A DNA stretch of 64,000 nucleotides from Clostridia bacterium (GCA_045545475.1 JAZQAZ010000030.1:64001-128000), one strand, 5' to 3'; positions 18,993-29,431 are shown, counted from the stretch's first letter. Translations and numbers: made by a program. The notes: generated from the sequence alone by a model not told the origin.

Positions 18993-21194
18993 ATGAAACA
19001 AAATGAAGTTTTTGCTTCCGCCCTGTGGATTGGAAGCAACGATGATAATACCGATGCTTTTTACATACTCCGCGGAAAATTTTCTGTTTCAGAGGTTAAA
19101 AAGGCGACTTTACGCGTTTTAGGACTTGGCTTTTTCCATTGCTACATAAACGGACACCGGGTGGGTGATGATTTGTTTTTACCCCTCACTACGGACTATG
19201 AGCCCCGAAAAAACTTTCCGTCAGGCGAAATTTTATCGGGGCACAGAATTTATGTTCCCGAATATGACATAACCGATATGCTATGTGACGGCGAAAACGT
19301 AATCGCCATACATTTTGGCGGAGGCTGGTATACCTTTAATCATCCAATAGAAAACTTTAAAGATTCCGATATGCGATTCGGTGCACCCAAGGCTATATGG
19401 CGCATTTTCGGGGACGATGAAAACGGAAGCTTTGAAGCAGTATCAAGCGAAGAAGACATTCTTCTTCCCGGCTTTATAAAAAATTATTTTTTTCCACGAA
19501 GGGAATATCAGGACTTTTCCTTAAGCTCGGAAGATGCCTTTTTGCCAAATTTTGACGATTCAGCTTTCCCGAAGGCGAAGGCCGTAACGCCGCCCGACAC
19601 CACTTATCATTTTACAAGCTGTCCCAAAGACAAGGTGTGTGAAATTTTGCACCCGGAAAAGATTGCCGAAAACGAAGAATATACCTTGTACGACTGCGGC
19701 AAGAACACAACCGGCTATCCCGTAATTGAAATTACCCATCCCGAAAAGCAGGCTGTAAAGTGCATTTTTTCCGAGGAATTGTCCGGCAGTGCACTTGACG
19801 AAGGCTTTTCCCACTGGCAGGAATTTACCGTTATTTCCGACGGCAAAAAGCGCCTTGTCCATCCCCTTTTCACCTGGTTTGGCTTCCGTTATTTCGCCAT
19901 TTACGGAAAGGCAGAATTAAAATGTGTGGAGGTTATTCACTCGGATGTTACCGTTACCGGCGAATTTGAGTCGGACAACGAAATGCTTAACAAAATAAAC
20001 GAGCTTTTTATAAACACACAGCTTACCAATATGCACGGCGGTATCCCTTCGGACTGCCCTCACTTGGAACGTCGTGGCTATACCGGAGACGGTCAGCTTT
20101 GCTGCCACGCCGCAATGACCTTGCTTTCCGCAAAAGACTTTTACAGAAAATGGATTTACGACATATTTGACTGTCAGGACACTTTGACGGGCCATGTTCA
20201 GTACACCGCACCATACACCCATTCGGGCGGAGGTCCCGGCGGCTGGGGTTGTGCTATAATTGAAGTTCCATACCGCTATTATCTCCATTATGGAGAAACC
20301 GATGTTCTCACAGAATGCTACCCCGGGGTAAAACGATATTTTGACTATCTTGAAAGCCACTCGGAAAACAATCTTGTAATAGCGGACAAGGAAGGCGAAT
20401 GGTGCTTAGGCGACTGGTGCACCCCCACCTCTGTCACACTTCCTGCCCCCTTTGTAAACAATTATTTTTACATAAAGAGCTTGTACCGTGCCATCGAAAT
20501 TGCAAAAATTATCGGAAGCGAAGCGGACATCCCCCTTTTCGAGGAAAGAATTGAGATACGCAAAAAGGCGATAAAAAATGCTTATTTCAACCCCTGGGAC
20601 GGAAATTTCCTGGGCGGAGTTCAGGGGGCAAACGCCTTTGCCCTTGATATAGGTCTGGGAGATCACAGAACTTATCCCAATCTCCTTTCCCGATATGAAA
20701 AAATGGGCGAATTTGACACGGGTATTTTCGGAACGGATATTTTGATAAGGCTTCTTTTCCAGCGTGGCAACGGAGACCTTGCCGTTAAAATGCTTACATC
20801 AGGCGGCGTTCACTCATTTTCCGAAATGATTAAAAGAGGGGCTACCACCATCTGGGAATACTGGCCCGAGTCGCTCCGTAACCGCTCCCACAACCATCCC
20901 ATGTTCGGTGCTGTTACGGCTTATCTTTACGATTATCTCTTAGGCATCCGCCAGAAAGAAGGCTCTGCAGGCTATGAAAGCCTTATAATCGCTCCAGTAT
21001 TGGCAGAAGGCGTAAACTCCCTTTCAGGAAAAAGAGTTCTTCCGAAGGGCGAGGTTTTTGTTTCCTACGAAAAAGCGGACGGTAAGATCTCATTTATAAT
21101 AACCATCCCCGAAAATCAGGAGGCAGAATTCATTTTAAGAGAAAGCAAAGTGTCCCTTTCAGCGGGCGAAAACAAAATTACACTTGATTTATAA
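18993..21194 (+). CDS. GH78 alpha-L-rhamnosidase family glycoside hydrolase
   Basis: FTWFGFRY, IPSDCPHLERRGYTGDG, LGDW, GATTIWEYW and SHNHPMFG motifs. Confidence 0.92.
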   Translation: MKQNEVFASALWIGSNDDNTDAFYILRGKFSVSEVKKATLRVLGLGFFHCYINGHRVGDDLFLPLTTDYEPRKNFPSGEILSGHRIYVPEYDITDMLCDGENVIAIHFGGGWYTFNHPIENFKDSDMRFGAPKAIWRIFGDDENGSFEAVSSEEDILLPGFIKNYFFPRREYQDFSLSSEDAFLPNFDDSAFPKAKAVTPPDTTYHFTSCPKDKVCEILHPEKIAENEEYTLYDCGKNTTGYPVIEITHPEKQAVKCIFSEELSGSALDEGFSHWQEFTVISDGKKRLVHPLFTWFGFRYFAIYGKAELKCVEVIHSDVTVTGEFESDNEMLNKINELFINTQLTNMHGGIPSDCPHLERRGYTGDGQLCCHAAMTLLSAKDFYRKWIYDIFDCQDTLTGHVQYTAPYTHSGGGPGGWGCAIIEVPYRYYLHYGETDVLTECYPGVKRYFDYLESHSENNLVIADKEGEWCLGDWCTPTSVTLPAPFVNNYFYIKSLYRAIEIAKIIGSEADIPLFEERIEIRKKAIKNAYFNPWDGNFLGGVQGANAFALDIGLGDHRTYPNLLSRYEKMGEFDTGIFGTDILIRLLFQRGNGDLAVKMLTSGGVHSFSEMIKRGATTIWEYWPESLRNRSHNHPMFGAVTAYLYDYLLGIRQKEGSAGYESLIIAPVLAEGVNSLSGKRVLPKGEVFVSYEKADGKISFIITIPENQEAEFILRESKVSLSAGENKITLDL

Positions 21195-21213
21195 AACTTT
21201 ACGAGGTACAGCT

Positions 21214-21939
21214 ATGTCAACTACACTTAAAACAAGAATTGAGAGCTATGACGTGACACCTTCCGGTCTTATGCGCCAGTCCACCATCTTCCGCCTTTGT
21301 CAGAGAGCTGCGGGAGACGACCTTGATAAGGTGGGCGGAAGCTTTGAAACCTTGGTTTCCCACGGCCTTACCTTTGTAATTACCAAAATGGAAATTACAT
21401 ATTTTGCCGATATTAAAACCTATGATGAAATTGAAATTATAACATACCCGAGAGGTGTTAAAGGCCCCTCCTTTATCCGTGACTACGACATACTTAAAAA
21501 TGGCGAGAGGGTTGCCTATGCTTCCTCCCACTGGGTTTTAATCGATATAGAAAAAAGAAAGTTCTGCCGCCCCTCGTCCCTTTCTTCAGTGTGTGAAATT
21601 ATCCCGGATATGGATAATTTATATGAAATGCCGATTAGAAAAATCCACCCCGACTTAAGCGAAATGGAAAAAGCGGATGAGCGAAAGGTATACTATTCAA
21701 ATATTGACAGAAACAACCATATGAATAATACCTTTTATCCCGACATTTTATTTGACTATCTCCCCGACAGCTATTTAGATACCCTGAAAGGCAAAACCGT
21801 AACCGTTCAGTACAGCTCGGAAATACTCTGCGGCGAGCACTTTACTGTTTATAAAAAGGAAGAAAACGGTGCTTTTACTCTCTCCGCAAGATGCGAAAAA
21901 GAGGCTAAGGACATTTTCTCAGCAATGATAACAATGTAA
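21214..21939 (+). CDS. Acyl-ACP thioesterase (double hotdog)
   Basis: YSNIDRNNHMNNTFY catalytic motif and S-x-WVLID; ATG at 21214 follows GAGGT. Confidence 0.88.
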   Translation: MSTTLKTRIESYDVTPSGLMRQSTIFRLCQRAAGDDLDKVGGSFETLVSHGLTFVITKMEITYFADIKTYDEIEIITYPRGVKGPSFIRDYDILKNGERVAYASSHWVLIDIEKRKFCRPSSLSSVCEIIPDMDNLYEMPIRKIHPDLSEMEKADERKVYYSNIDRNNHMNNTFYPDILFDYLPDSYLDTLKGKTVTVQYSSEILCGEHFTVYKKEENGAFTLSARCEKEAKDIFSAMITM

Positions 21940-21958
21940 AAAGAAAGGTTGTGATTTT

Positions 21959-23008
21959 ATGAGTCTGGCAAAAATGCAGAAATTTGAATCAAGATCAATT
22001 TCTCCCGAAAACTTTACCGGTGAAAAGGGAAAAGGCGGAATGGCTTTGACGGGAACAGGCGAAAACGCCGCCCGTGATCTTGGTCAGGGCTGGAAGGTTT
22101 CCCCATATATAGTGATAAAGCCCGGCGAAACCTTTACCCTTGGTGCAATGGACGGTCCCGGCATAATAAAGCACATATGGATAACAGACAGCTGTCCCAA
22201 AAACAGAATGCTTGTTATAAGAATGTACTGGGACGGAAGCGATACACCCTCTGTCGAAGCGCCTCTGGGTGACTTTTTCGCATCTGCCGAATATCAGCGC
22301 TATGCTCCGCTTGCATCAATTCCCGTTTGCGTAAATCCCAAAAAGGGGCTTAACTGCTACTGGGATATGCCCTTTTATAAAAACTGCCGTATAACCCTTG
22401 AAAATCTTCACTCGGAAGATGTTTCTGTATATTATCAGATTGACTATGTTGTAGGCGACATCCCAGAGGACTACGGCTATTTCCACGCCCAGTTCAGACG
22501 CGTAAATCCCCTTCCCTACAAGGAATGCTACACAATCCTTGACAATGTATCAGGCAACGGTCACTATGTAGGTACATATATGTTCTGGGGCGTAAACAAC
22601 ACAGGCTGGTGGGGCGAAGGCGAAATCAAGTTTTATCTTGACGGCGACAAGGATTTCCCCACAATCTGCGGCACCGGCACAGAGGACTATTTCTGCGGCT
22701 CCTGGAACTTTGATATAGGCGGAAAATATCAGGAATTCTGCACCCCCTATTCAGGTATGCCCAAGGTTATAAGACCGGACGGGCTTTACAGCTCGCAGCA
22801 GCGTTTTTCACTTTACAGATGGCACATAAACGATCCTGTCTACTTTAAGAAGGATATAAAGGTTACCATTCAGGCTTTGGGCTGGAGAAGCAACAAGCGC
22901 TACCTTCCCCTTCAGGATGACATTTCATCCGTTGCCTTCTGGTATCAGGACAGCATTTGCAAAACCTTCCCGCCCTTCCCTTCAGTAGATGAGCTTGAAA
23001 TTATATAA
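21959..23008 (+). CDS. GH172 (DUF2961) glycoside hydrolase
   Basis: SISPENFTGEKGKGG, GPGIIKHIW, PSVEAPLGDFF, WWGEGE, GTGTEDYF and YRWH motifs. Confidence 0.92.
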   Translation: MSLAKMQKFESRSISPENFTGEKGKGGMALTGTGENAARDLGQGWKVSPYIVIKPGETFTLGAMDGPGIIKHIWITDSCPKNRMLVIRMYWDGSDTPSVEAPLGDFFASAEYQRYAPLASIPVCVNPKKGLNCYWDMPFYKNCRITLENLHSEDVSVYYQIDYVVGDIPEDYGYFHAQFRRVNPLPYKECYTILDNVSGNGHYVGTYMFWGVNNTGWWGEGEIKFYLDGDKDFPTICGTGTEDYFCGSWNFDIGGKYQEFCTPYSGMPKVIRPDGLYSSQQRFSLYRWHINDPVYFKKDIKVTIQALGWRSNKRYLPLQDDISSVAFWYQDSICKTFPPFPSVDELEII

Positions 23009-23036
23009 AAAAGTTGAGGCAATGCCTCAACTTTTT
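23008..23036 (+). terminator. Intrinsic terminator
   Basis: AAAAAGTTGAGGCA-A-TGCCTCAACTTTTT. Confidence 0.85.
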
Positions 23037-23199
23037 ATTTTTTACCTCATCCGTAAAAACTGTTCGATATCCTTTAGAACCCTATTCATAAATAGGCTCA
23101 ATCACGCGGTTTTAAGCAGAGTTTGACCTTTTCATTCTATACCAAACGCGTGATAGTTATAAAATTCCTATACACAAATAACAAGTTTCGACAAAATTA

Positions 23200-23228
23200 T
23201 TGTCATTTTACTCTTTCAGTGCTATAAT
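23200..23228 (+). promoter_or_regulatory. SigA-type promoter
   Basis: TTGTCA-17 nt-TATAAT with TG extended -10. Confidence 0.7.
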
Positions 23229-23294
23229 AGAGATAATCATCAGTTATTCGCGAAATTTACAAACGCTGTTTTGAAAATATAAAATAGGAGGTAT

Positions 23295-23390
23295 ATGATG
23301 ATGAAGAAAACATTTAAGACTTTTTTGTATATTTTGTTGGCAATCGTAGCCTTTATCATAATTAGAGCTATGATAATCACAATCTTTTGA
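23295..23390 (+). CDS. Unannotated 31-aa single-TM peptide (MMMKKTFKTFLYILLAIVAFIIIRAMIITIF)
   Basis: Strong RBS AGGAGGT, basic N-terminus plus hydrophobic helix; the stop sits just before the next gene's RBS. Confidence 0.65.
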   Translation: MMMKKTFKTFLYILLAIVAFIIIRAMIITIF

Positions 23391-23407
23391 TAAGAAGGAG
23401 AATCGTT

Positions 23408-24148
23408 ATGGAAACAAAAGTAGAAGAAAAAACAGAAGAAAAGGTTGTTGAACACAAGGACACATCCAAAGGAGGAAGCATTTCAATCAAAATCAAATAT
23501 AAAACTCTTCTTATACTCTCTATACCTTTGATATTTTTTATTATCGGATTTGTATCGGGATTTAAGATAAATAATCGCTCAATCATCGATCCTGACTCGG
23601 CAATTGTTGACAATGAGATAATCAATATCACTCCAGACATCGATGTCACATATTTAAATACTGCTTTAAAAGAAGCAAGCGAGTTAACCACAGCAAAACT
23701 AAAAATCAATGGTTTAGTGGATTTCAAAGACACGGGTATTATCATCTTAAACAAATCTGATTTCACAATGAAATATACTGCAGATATAAGTGCTGGTATA
23801 GATATGTCAAAGGTCGAAATTAAAAATGACGATATAGACCATGAAAATAAGAAAATAATTGTAGAGATTCCAAAAGCCATTGTATTCAAACCAAATGTTT
23901 ATCATGGCGATAAATACATAAAATTCTATGACGAAGAATTTGCTTTATTTAATGTCAATGAGAAAGAAGACCTTTCACGAGCATTAGCAATGGCAGAGAA
24001 AGATGCTGAAAATGAAGCCGTAGAAAATGGATTACTTGAATTAGCAGACAAGCAATCAGAAACATTAATAAAAGGTATTCTTTCAGATGCGGTAAGTCAA
24101 TTCGGATATACCATAGAAATCAAATATATTGACAAGGAGAAAAAGTGA
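23408..24148 (+). CDS. DUF4230-domain membrane-anchored protein
   Basis: N-terminal TM, ASELTT, I-x-AGID-x-S and IIVEIPKA motifs, C-terminal L-x-x-A-x-x-Q-x-E pattern; RBS AAGGAG. Confidence 0.8.
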   Translation: METKVEEKTEEKVVEHKDTSKGGSISIKIKYKTLLILSIPLIFFIIGFVSGFKINNRSIIDPDSAIVDNEIINITPDIDVTYLNTALKEASELTTAKLKINGLVDFKDTGIIILNKSDFTMKYTADISAGIDMSKVEIKNDDIDHENKKIIVEIPKAIVFKPNVYHGDKYIKFYDEEFALFNVNEKEDLSRALAMAEKDAENEAVENGLLELADKQSETLIKGILSDAVSQFGYTIEIKYIDKEKK

Positions 24149-24333
24149 TGCCAAAATCCAAATGGATATCATTCTTCCTATGCCTGTTCTTAGGCTACTT
24201 AGGAATACATAAGTTCTACGAAGACAGAATTTTATTAGGCGTCTTATATATATGTACAGGCGGATTATTTGGTATTGGTGTTATAGTAGATTTAATAATA
24301 CTGCTTTTTAAGCCGAATCCGTATTATCCGTAA
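24145..24333 (+). CDS. TM2-domain small membrane protein
   Basis: KSKWISFFLCLFLGYLGIHKFY..GVLYICTGGLFGIG..DLI. Confidence 0.9.
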   Translation: MMPKSKWISFFLCLFLGYLGIHKFYEDRILLGVLYICTGGLFGIGVIVDLIILLFKPNPYYP

Positions 24334-24346
24334 AAGCACATATAAT

Positions 24347-24389
24347 AAAATGAGTGTAACTTGCTTGAGAGCAAGTCACACTCATTTTT
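24347..24389. terminator. Bidirectional terminator
   Basis: AAAATGAGTGTAACTTGCT..AGCAAGTCACACTCATTTT between convergent genes. Confidence 0.8.
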
Positions 24390-26325
24390 ATTTTACAAGA
24401 TTTATTACAGCTGCTTTATATCCCGGAAGTCCATCTATTATCACCTTGTTACCTTCTAAACTTGCCGAAACGCCGATGGCTTCAACCTTTGAATATTCGC
24501 CGTCCAGGAGTATTTCAGAATCAATTATCTCATCCGTATTCATATTAAAGAGAGCAACGGAAAGCTCTTTTTCGTCCTTACTTTTTGCCTGAATGGTATA
24601 AAGATAGGGATTTTTAAGGCAGCAGGCAGGAATCTTTTTTCCGCAAAGCTCCTCTATCACTTTATAAAGCTGTGCCTGACGGTAGTAATTTTTGGAATAG
24701 TTTACATTATCTCCCGATGAAAACCCCCAAAGGCTCGAAAGGGCGTTATAGCAAAGCACATAGTATTTTATACCGTCTTCGCCACTATATATATAGCTTC
24801 CCGGAGTGTCATCCGGCATAAATTTTGTTAATACTTTCGCTTCCTTCCTGCATTCTACCTTGCAGGTTGAAACCTTTTTAAGGCCCGTTATGGTGTCTTT
24901 TGCTTCGGGATAGTATTCGCCTTCAAAGCCTCTTCCCTCATAGCTTATAAGACCTGTATCAAAACCTCGCTCATTTAGCCTTAAAGCACCCTGAATGTCC
25001 ACAATAACTCCGTTTTTCATATCCTCTTTCTTTATATAACGTGCATTTTCCCCAAAGGCAACAATCGGGTAGTCACTACCTTCAAAGACTGTGGGAATGC
25101 CGTTTTCCGCAAAGAAACGACCGCCTGAGGTAAAGCTCATTTTTTCAAAATTTCCGTGGCAGAAAAAGTCAGGAGCCATTTTTGATATGTCAAAGGCGGC
25201 AACCTGATGCATTTCTTCAAAAATGCTTACGCCCACACATTTTTTATCCTTGAAGAAACGCCTTATTCCTTCTCTCAGCGGATTATTTCTTGCGTGGCGT
25301 GCCACATAGCCCATTTCATAATTTACCGGTCTTGTATAGTCAAACATATATTTAAGGACACCATCTAAATCCCCCGATGTCATAAGCGCCAGGTCGAAAA
25401 GCTCAAGATTGGCAGAACCGCACTTGTCCGTGTATCTGGGACGTGGGTAAACATCGCCCTCGGCAAATACCTCTATTCCCCCTTTCCTGCACCAGGAAGC
25501 CTGCATACGGGTGTTTTCTATCTGCGATGTAACACGGAGTGAATTGTTGTGATAAGGCGCTCCGAAGGTTCGTACGAATGGCTCGGTATTTCCTGCAAAC
25601 GCCCTTGAAAGCTCCATTACATCCGTACCGGAATAATCCCAGGTGTCCGGGGTTGTGCAAAAGCCCATTCTTATTTCAGGGTTCACCTTGTCAAGTGCCT
25701 TTCTCATTCTTCTTGCGAAATTCAGCATACTTTCACTCTGAACTTCCATCCAGAGCTTGCGGTTATTCTGATTTTCCCTTGAAAAGATGAAAGCTGCAAT
25801 TTCCTCTCTCGGTATAAACTTACCGATTTTTTCGGAAAACATTTTAAGATGATGATCACAGCAGCAAGCGGTATAAAGACTTCCCCTGAAATTAAGTCGG
25901 AAATCGTCGTCGAACATTATTATATCGGGACTTAATTTTCCAACCAGGGTAACCACTTTTTCAAAGTGAGTTAAAAACTTTTCAGAAAGCGGGCAAAAAA
26001 CGCCGTTTTTCACATCGCCGTTTGAATCTTTAATAAGGTCAAAATTATGAATCAGCCTTACTTCACCAAACTCGTAACTTAAGGTAGAGCCGTGACCGAT
26101 TGAGCCCATCCAGACGCCCACCTCAAAGCCTTCCTTTTTAAGCTTGTCTATGTAATAGGCTCCCTTTTCGGTGTCGGAAAAAAATTCGAAATTAGTCTGA
26201 GTGGGAGGATTAAGTCCGCACACGAAAACACGCTCTACCCCTGCCTTTTTAAACTCCTCTAAAAATATAGGGTAGCTATCTTCATTTAAGGTGCCGATAC
26301 TTACCGGCACTGCAATCTTATACAC
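24388..26325 (-). CDS. Uncharacterised cytoplasmic protein, probable TIM-barrel glycoside hydrolase
   Basis: CPLS, IMFDDDFR, CCCDHH and AEGDVYPR motifs; GTG start after AAAGGAG. Family not assignable by eye. Confidence 0.45.
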   Translation of the reverse strand: MYKIAVPVSIGTLNEDSYPIFLEEFKKAGVERVFVCGLNPPTQTNFEFFSDTEKGAYYIDKLKKEGFEVGVWMGSIGHGSTLSYEFGEVRLIHNFDLIKDSNGDVKNGVFCPLSEKFLTHFEKVVTLVGKLSPDIIMFDDDFRLNFRGSLYTACCCDHHLKMFSEKIGKFIPREEIAAFIFSRENQNNRKLWMEVQSESMLNFARRMRKALDKVNPEIRMGFCTTPDTWDYSGTDVMELSRAFAGNTEPFVRTFGAPYHNNSLRVTSQIENTRMQASWCRKGGIEVFAEGDVYPRPRYTDKCGSANLELFDLALMTSGDLDGVLKYMFDYTRPVNYEMGYVARHARNNPLREGIRRFFKDKKCVGVSIFEEMHQVAAFDISKMAPDFFCHGNFEKMSFTSGGRFFAENGIPTVFEGSDYPIVAFGENARYIKKEDMKNGVIVDIQGALRLNERGFDTGLISYEGRGFEGEYYPEAKDTITGLKKVSTCKVECRKEAKVLTKFMPDDTPGSYIYSGEDGIKYYVLCYNALSSLWGFSSGDNVNYSKNYYRQAQLYKVIEELCGKKIPACCLKNPYLYTIQAKSKDEKELSVALFNMNTDEIIDSEILLDGEYSKVEAIGVSASLEGNKVIIDGLPGYKAAVINLVK

Positions 26326-26450
26326 AAAAACCACTCCTTTGCCATATATTAACATAGAAAAAAATCGGCGTCAAGGAATATACTGCTATTTTTTAGCACT
26401 ATATTACACCTTTACAAGAGATAGGAAAAATCTTCCGGGCAAAACATACA

Positions 26451-26482
26451 TTAAGCCGAGGAGTTTTGACTCCTCGGCTTAA
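26451..26482 (-). terminator. Intrinsic terminator of module 1
   Basis: TTAAGCCGAGGAGT-TTTG-ACTCCTCGGCTTAA. Confidence 0.8.
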
Positions 26483-26494
26483 ATATGATTACAT

Positions 26495-29431
26495 TTATCT
26501 TGTAATTGTTATTTCCCTTGTCTCTCCGTTCCACTCTACGTTATAGCCAAGCTGTTCTGATACGAATCTTACGGGGATGAAGGTTCTTGAATCCTTTATT
26601 ACAGGCACCGTTCTTAAGGTGTAACGGATAAGCCCGTAGGAGGGATCATTTACATATACAAGCTTATAGCCAATCTGAAGTGTAAGGTCAATATTCTCTC
26701 CCTTAACTCCGATGGTCTGATTGTCGCCGTTCCAGGAAATTTCAGCACCCATAAGCTCTAAAAGTCCTCTTAAGGGAATTAATGTTGTGCCGTTTACGAT
26801 GTAGGGTGCAACATCGATGGTCTTTGTCTTATCTTCTCCGTTTTCCCTGTACTTAATCTCGTTGGAGCCAACGGTAAGAACATACTTCTCGCCGTCATCT
26901 TCACCCTCGTACTGATAGAAGTCAAGCTCCGCTACACTTACACGCTTTGCGAAATATTCGTGCACGGTAAACTCGATATATCTTATCTTCATCTCTTCGG
27001 GCAGGGGGATTTTCTTTGTAGAAAGATCCTTATCCATCACCATATCTTCTGCAACGGGAATCCAGTTTTCGTTGTCCGCACTTACCCACACACTTACCTT
27101 GAGCCAGCAGCCGTGAAAGTCATTGGTGTCACGGGGAGTATAGGTAATTTCCTTAACCCTTTGTACCTTTTTCATATCAACAACGAAAATTACCTCTTCA
27201 CCGGTTTCAAGCTGTTCTGTCTGCCAGAAGGATTTAACGGTTCCGTCAAGTGCCTTGTCGGGAGTAGAGGTAGCCCAGCTTTCACCCTCATAGCTTATAT
27301 CAAATAGCTTTTTATCAATTTTATATAAGACTCCCGCTTTTTCAATTTCCCTGAATCTTTCATAGTCCACGGTTTCAAAGTCGGGATTTTCGCCAAGAAC
27401 ATTAATTTCCGCCAATGTGCCGTAGCCGCCCACCGCAGAGGTTATTTCGACTCTTATCTTCGATGCCTTTATGTTTGAAAGGAAGAAGATTTCCTTATCG
27501 CCCACGCTCTGCTCAAAAGAAACATTTTCCTTTATGAGCTTAAGCTCATCCCCGCTTTTTTCTGCCGCATAGAGGTTTGCAACGATAAAGTTTCCGTTCA
27601 ACGAATCCTGTCTGGGTGTTAAGTTAACACCTGATATAGTTTTTACAAGACCGAAGTCGATGTCTATGTTATAGGGAGGATTGTCATGGCCGACAACTGC
27701 ACCGTCCTTCGCCTCATACTTTGAGTGCCAGTAGGTTTTCTTGTCTCCGTCAAGGGCAAGCTGAATGGTCTGGTTTCCCATTGTGGAGTTAACCTTAATA
27801 TCCCAGGTTCCTCTTGCAAGATAAGGAATGCCTGTTTTCGACTCGCCTTCATAAATGGCCGTATTATCTGCCTTTCCGTCCTTTAAGAATTCAATTTCAG
27901 CGGCAGAGCCGAAGTTTGCATTTGCTGCTGTTATTTCAATTTCGATAACTTTTACTTTTTTATTTCCCCAGGTTGCACTTTCGGGCTTGTTGTTTTTGAC
28001 AACAGACGTATAATTTGTAAAGTTTCCTACATAAATTCTCTCAAAGTTTACACCGTCGGCAGAACCCTTTATGTTGTAGGATGAAATTGTTCCTACCGCG
28101 TTATCGATTCTGGGTGTGTAAATCCAGCCCGACACGTCAATAGCCTCGGGGAATTCAACCCTTATGGTGAAAGGAAGAGGGTCTCTTGATGTAATGGTCG
28201 ACCCTTCAGCAGTATACTTTGAGTGCCAGTAGGTTGATTTGTCGCCGTCAAATGCCTTGGCAACAGGAGTAAATTCGCTGGATGCGGTAATTTTCCAGTC
28301 GGCCCCTTTGGGGATTTTAGTACCCGAATAAGATGCCTCGGCATCTTCTATGCTTCCGCCTTTTTTGGTGTAAAACTCAATTTCAGCCGCTGTGCCGTAT
28401 CCTGAAATTGATGTGGTTATTTCAATTTTTATCGCCTTCATACTTGTCTTCGGGAAGAAGGCATCCGTAGGCTTTGCATCCTTTGCGGGGCCTTCCACAT
28501 AGGGGAATTTGCCTGTATAAATTTTTTCAAAATTCACTCCGTCCTTAGATGCATAAATGTTGTAAGTCTTTGCTGTTCCTGTACCATTATCGGTTCTCGG
28601 GGTATAACGCCAGCCTTCGATTTCCACGGTTTTGCCAAAGTCAACCGTTATGGTGTGGGGGCATTCTTCCTTGCTTACGATTTTTGTTCCCTCTGCCTTG
28701 TATGCTGAATGCCAGTAAGTTGACTTGTCACCGTCAAAAGCCTTTGATGCGGCGTTTCCGGTGCCGTAAGCACTTGATGCACTTATATTCCAGGAACCGT
28801 CGTTTTTAAGAAGTTCTCCTGCAAGAGCTGTGCTTGCAGCAGGTGTTTCAGCCTTGGGTGCAGTTTCCTGTCCCTTAAAGGCTTCGCCGTTTTCGATTGC
28901 AGTTCCGCTTGTTCCCTTTAAGAACTCAATCTCCGCCGCAGTTCCGTAGCCTCCACGGCTATTTGTTACCTCGATTTTTATGGCTTTCATGGTGTATGCA
29001 CCCCAGGAAGCCTCGGAAGGAGTAAACTCCGCCTTTGTCTTGGTTGCATAATCAAAGGTACCGGTAAATATTTTATTGAAGTTTTCTCCGTCCTTTGAAG
29101 CATAGATATTATACGCTAAAACCGTTCCTGTTTCATTATCCTTACGAGGTGTGTAACGCCAGCCGGAAATTTCGGTATCCTTGCCGAAATTAATTGTGAT
29201 AACGTGGGGGCATTCGTCGTGGCTTAAAATTTTGCCGCCTTCTGCCTTATAGTTTGAGTGCCAATTGGTGGATAAATCACCGTCGAAAGCATTTTTAATG
29301 CTTGTGCCTGTCTGGCTTGTAACAGAAATTTCCCAGGAGGAATCATAGGGAACAGCTTCCGATGCACTTACAGCCATGCACATGGACATAACCATAAGAA
29401 GAGAAAGTAAAATTGCAAATATTTTCTTCAT
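26495..29431 (-). CDS. Secreted protein: 5x F5/8 type C (CBM32/discoidin) plus C-terminal copper-amine-oxidase-N (stalk) domain
   Basis: Signal peptide; repeats of AFDGD..WHS..YTPR..AE-x-EF; C-terminal APYIVNGTTLIPLR..RTFIPVRFVSEQLGYNVEWN. Confidence 0.88.
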   Translation of the reverse strand: MKKIFAILLSLLMVMSMCMAVSASEAVPYDSSWEISVTSQTGTSIKNAFDGDLSTNWHSNYKAEGGKILSHDECPHVITINFGKDTEISGWRYTPRKDNETGTVLAYNIYASKDGENFNKIFTGTFDYATKTKAEFTPSEASWGAYTMKAIKIEVTNSRGGYGTAAEIEFLKGTSGTAIENGEAFKGQETAPKAETPAASTALAGELLKNDGSWNISASSAYGTGNAASKAFDGDKSTYWHSAYKAEGTKIVSKEECPHTITVDFGKTVEIEGWRYTPRTDNGTGTAKTYNIYASKDGVNFEKIYTGKFPYVEGPAKDAKPTDAFFPKTSMKAIKIEITTSISGYGTAAEIEFYTKKGGSIEDAEASYSGTKIPKGADWKITASSEFTPVAKAFDGDKSTYWHSKYTAEGSTITSRDPLPFTIRVEFPEAIDVSGWIYTPRIDNAVGTISSYNIKGSADGVNFERIYVGNFTNYTSVVKNNKPESATWGNKKVKVIEIEITAANANFGSAAEIEFLKDGKADNTAIYEGESKTGIPYLARGTWDIKVNSTMGNQTIQLALDGDKKTYWHSKYEAKDGAVVGHDNPPYNIDIDFGLVKTISGVNLTPRQDSLNGNFIVANLYAAEKSGDELKLIKENVSFEQSVGDKEIFFLSNIKASKIRVEITSAVGGYGTLAEINVLGENPDFETVDYERFREIEKAGVLYKIDKKLFDISYEGESWATSTPDKALDGTVKSFWQTEQLETGEEVIFVVDMKKVQRVKEITYTPRDTNDFHGCWLKVSVWVSADNENWIPVAEDMVMDKDLSTKKIPLPEEMKIRYIEFTVHEYFAKRVSVAELDFYQYEGEDDGEKYVLTVGSNEIKYRENGEDKTKTIDVAPYIVNGTTLIPLRGLLELMGAEISWNGDNQTIGVKGENIDLTLQIGYKLVYVNDPSYGLIRYTLRTVPVIKDSRTFIPVRFVSEQLGYNVEWNGETREITITR

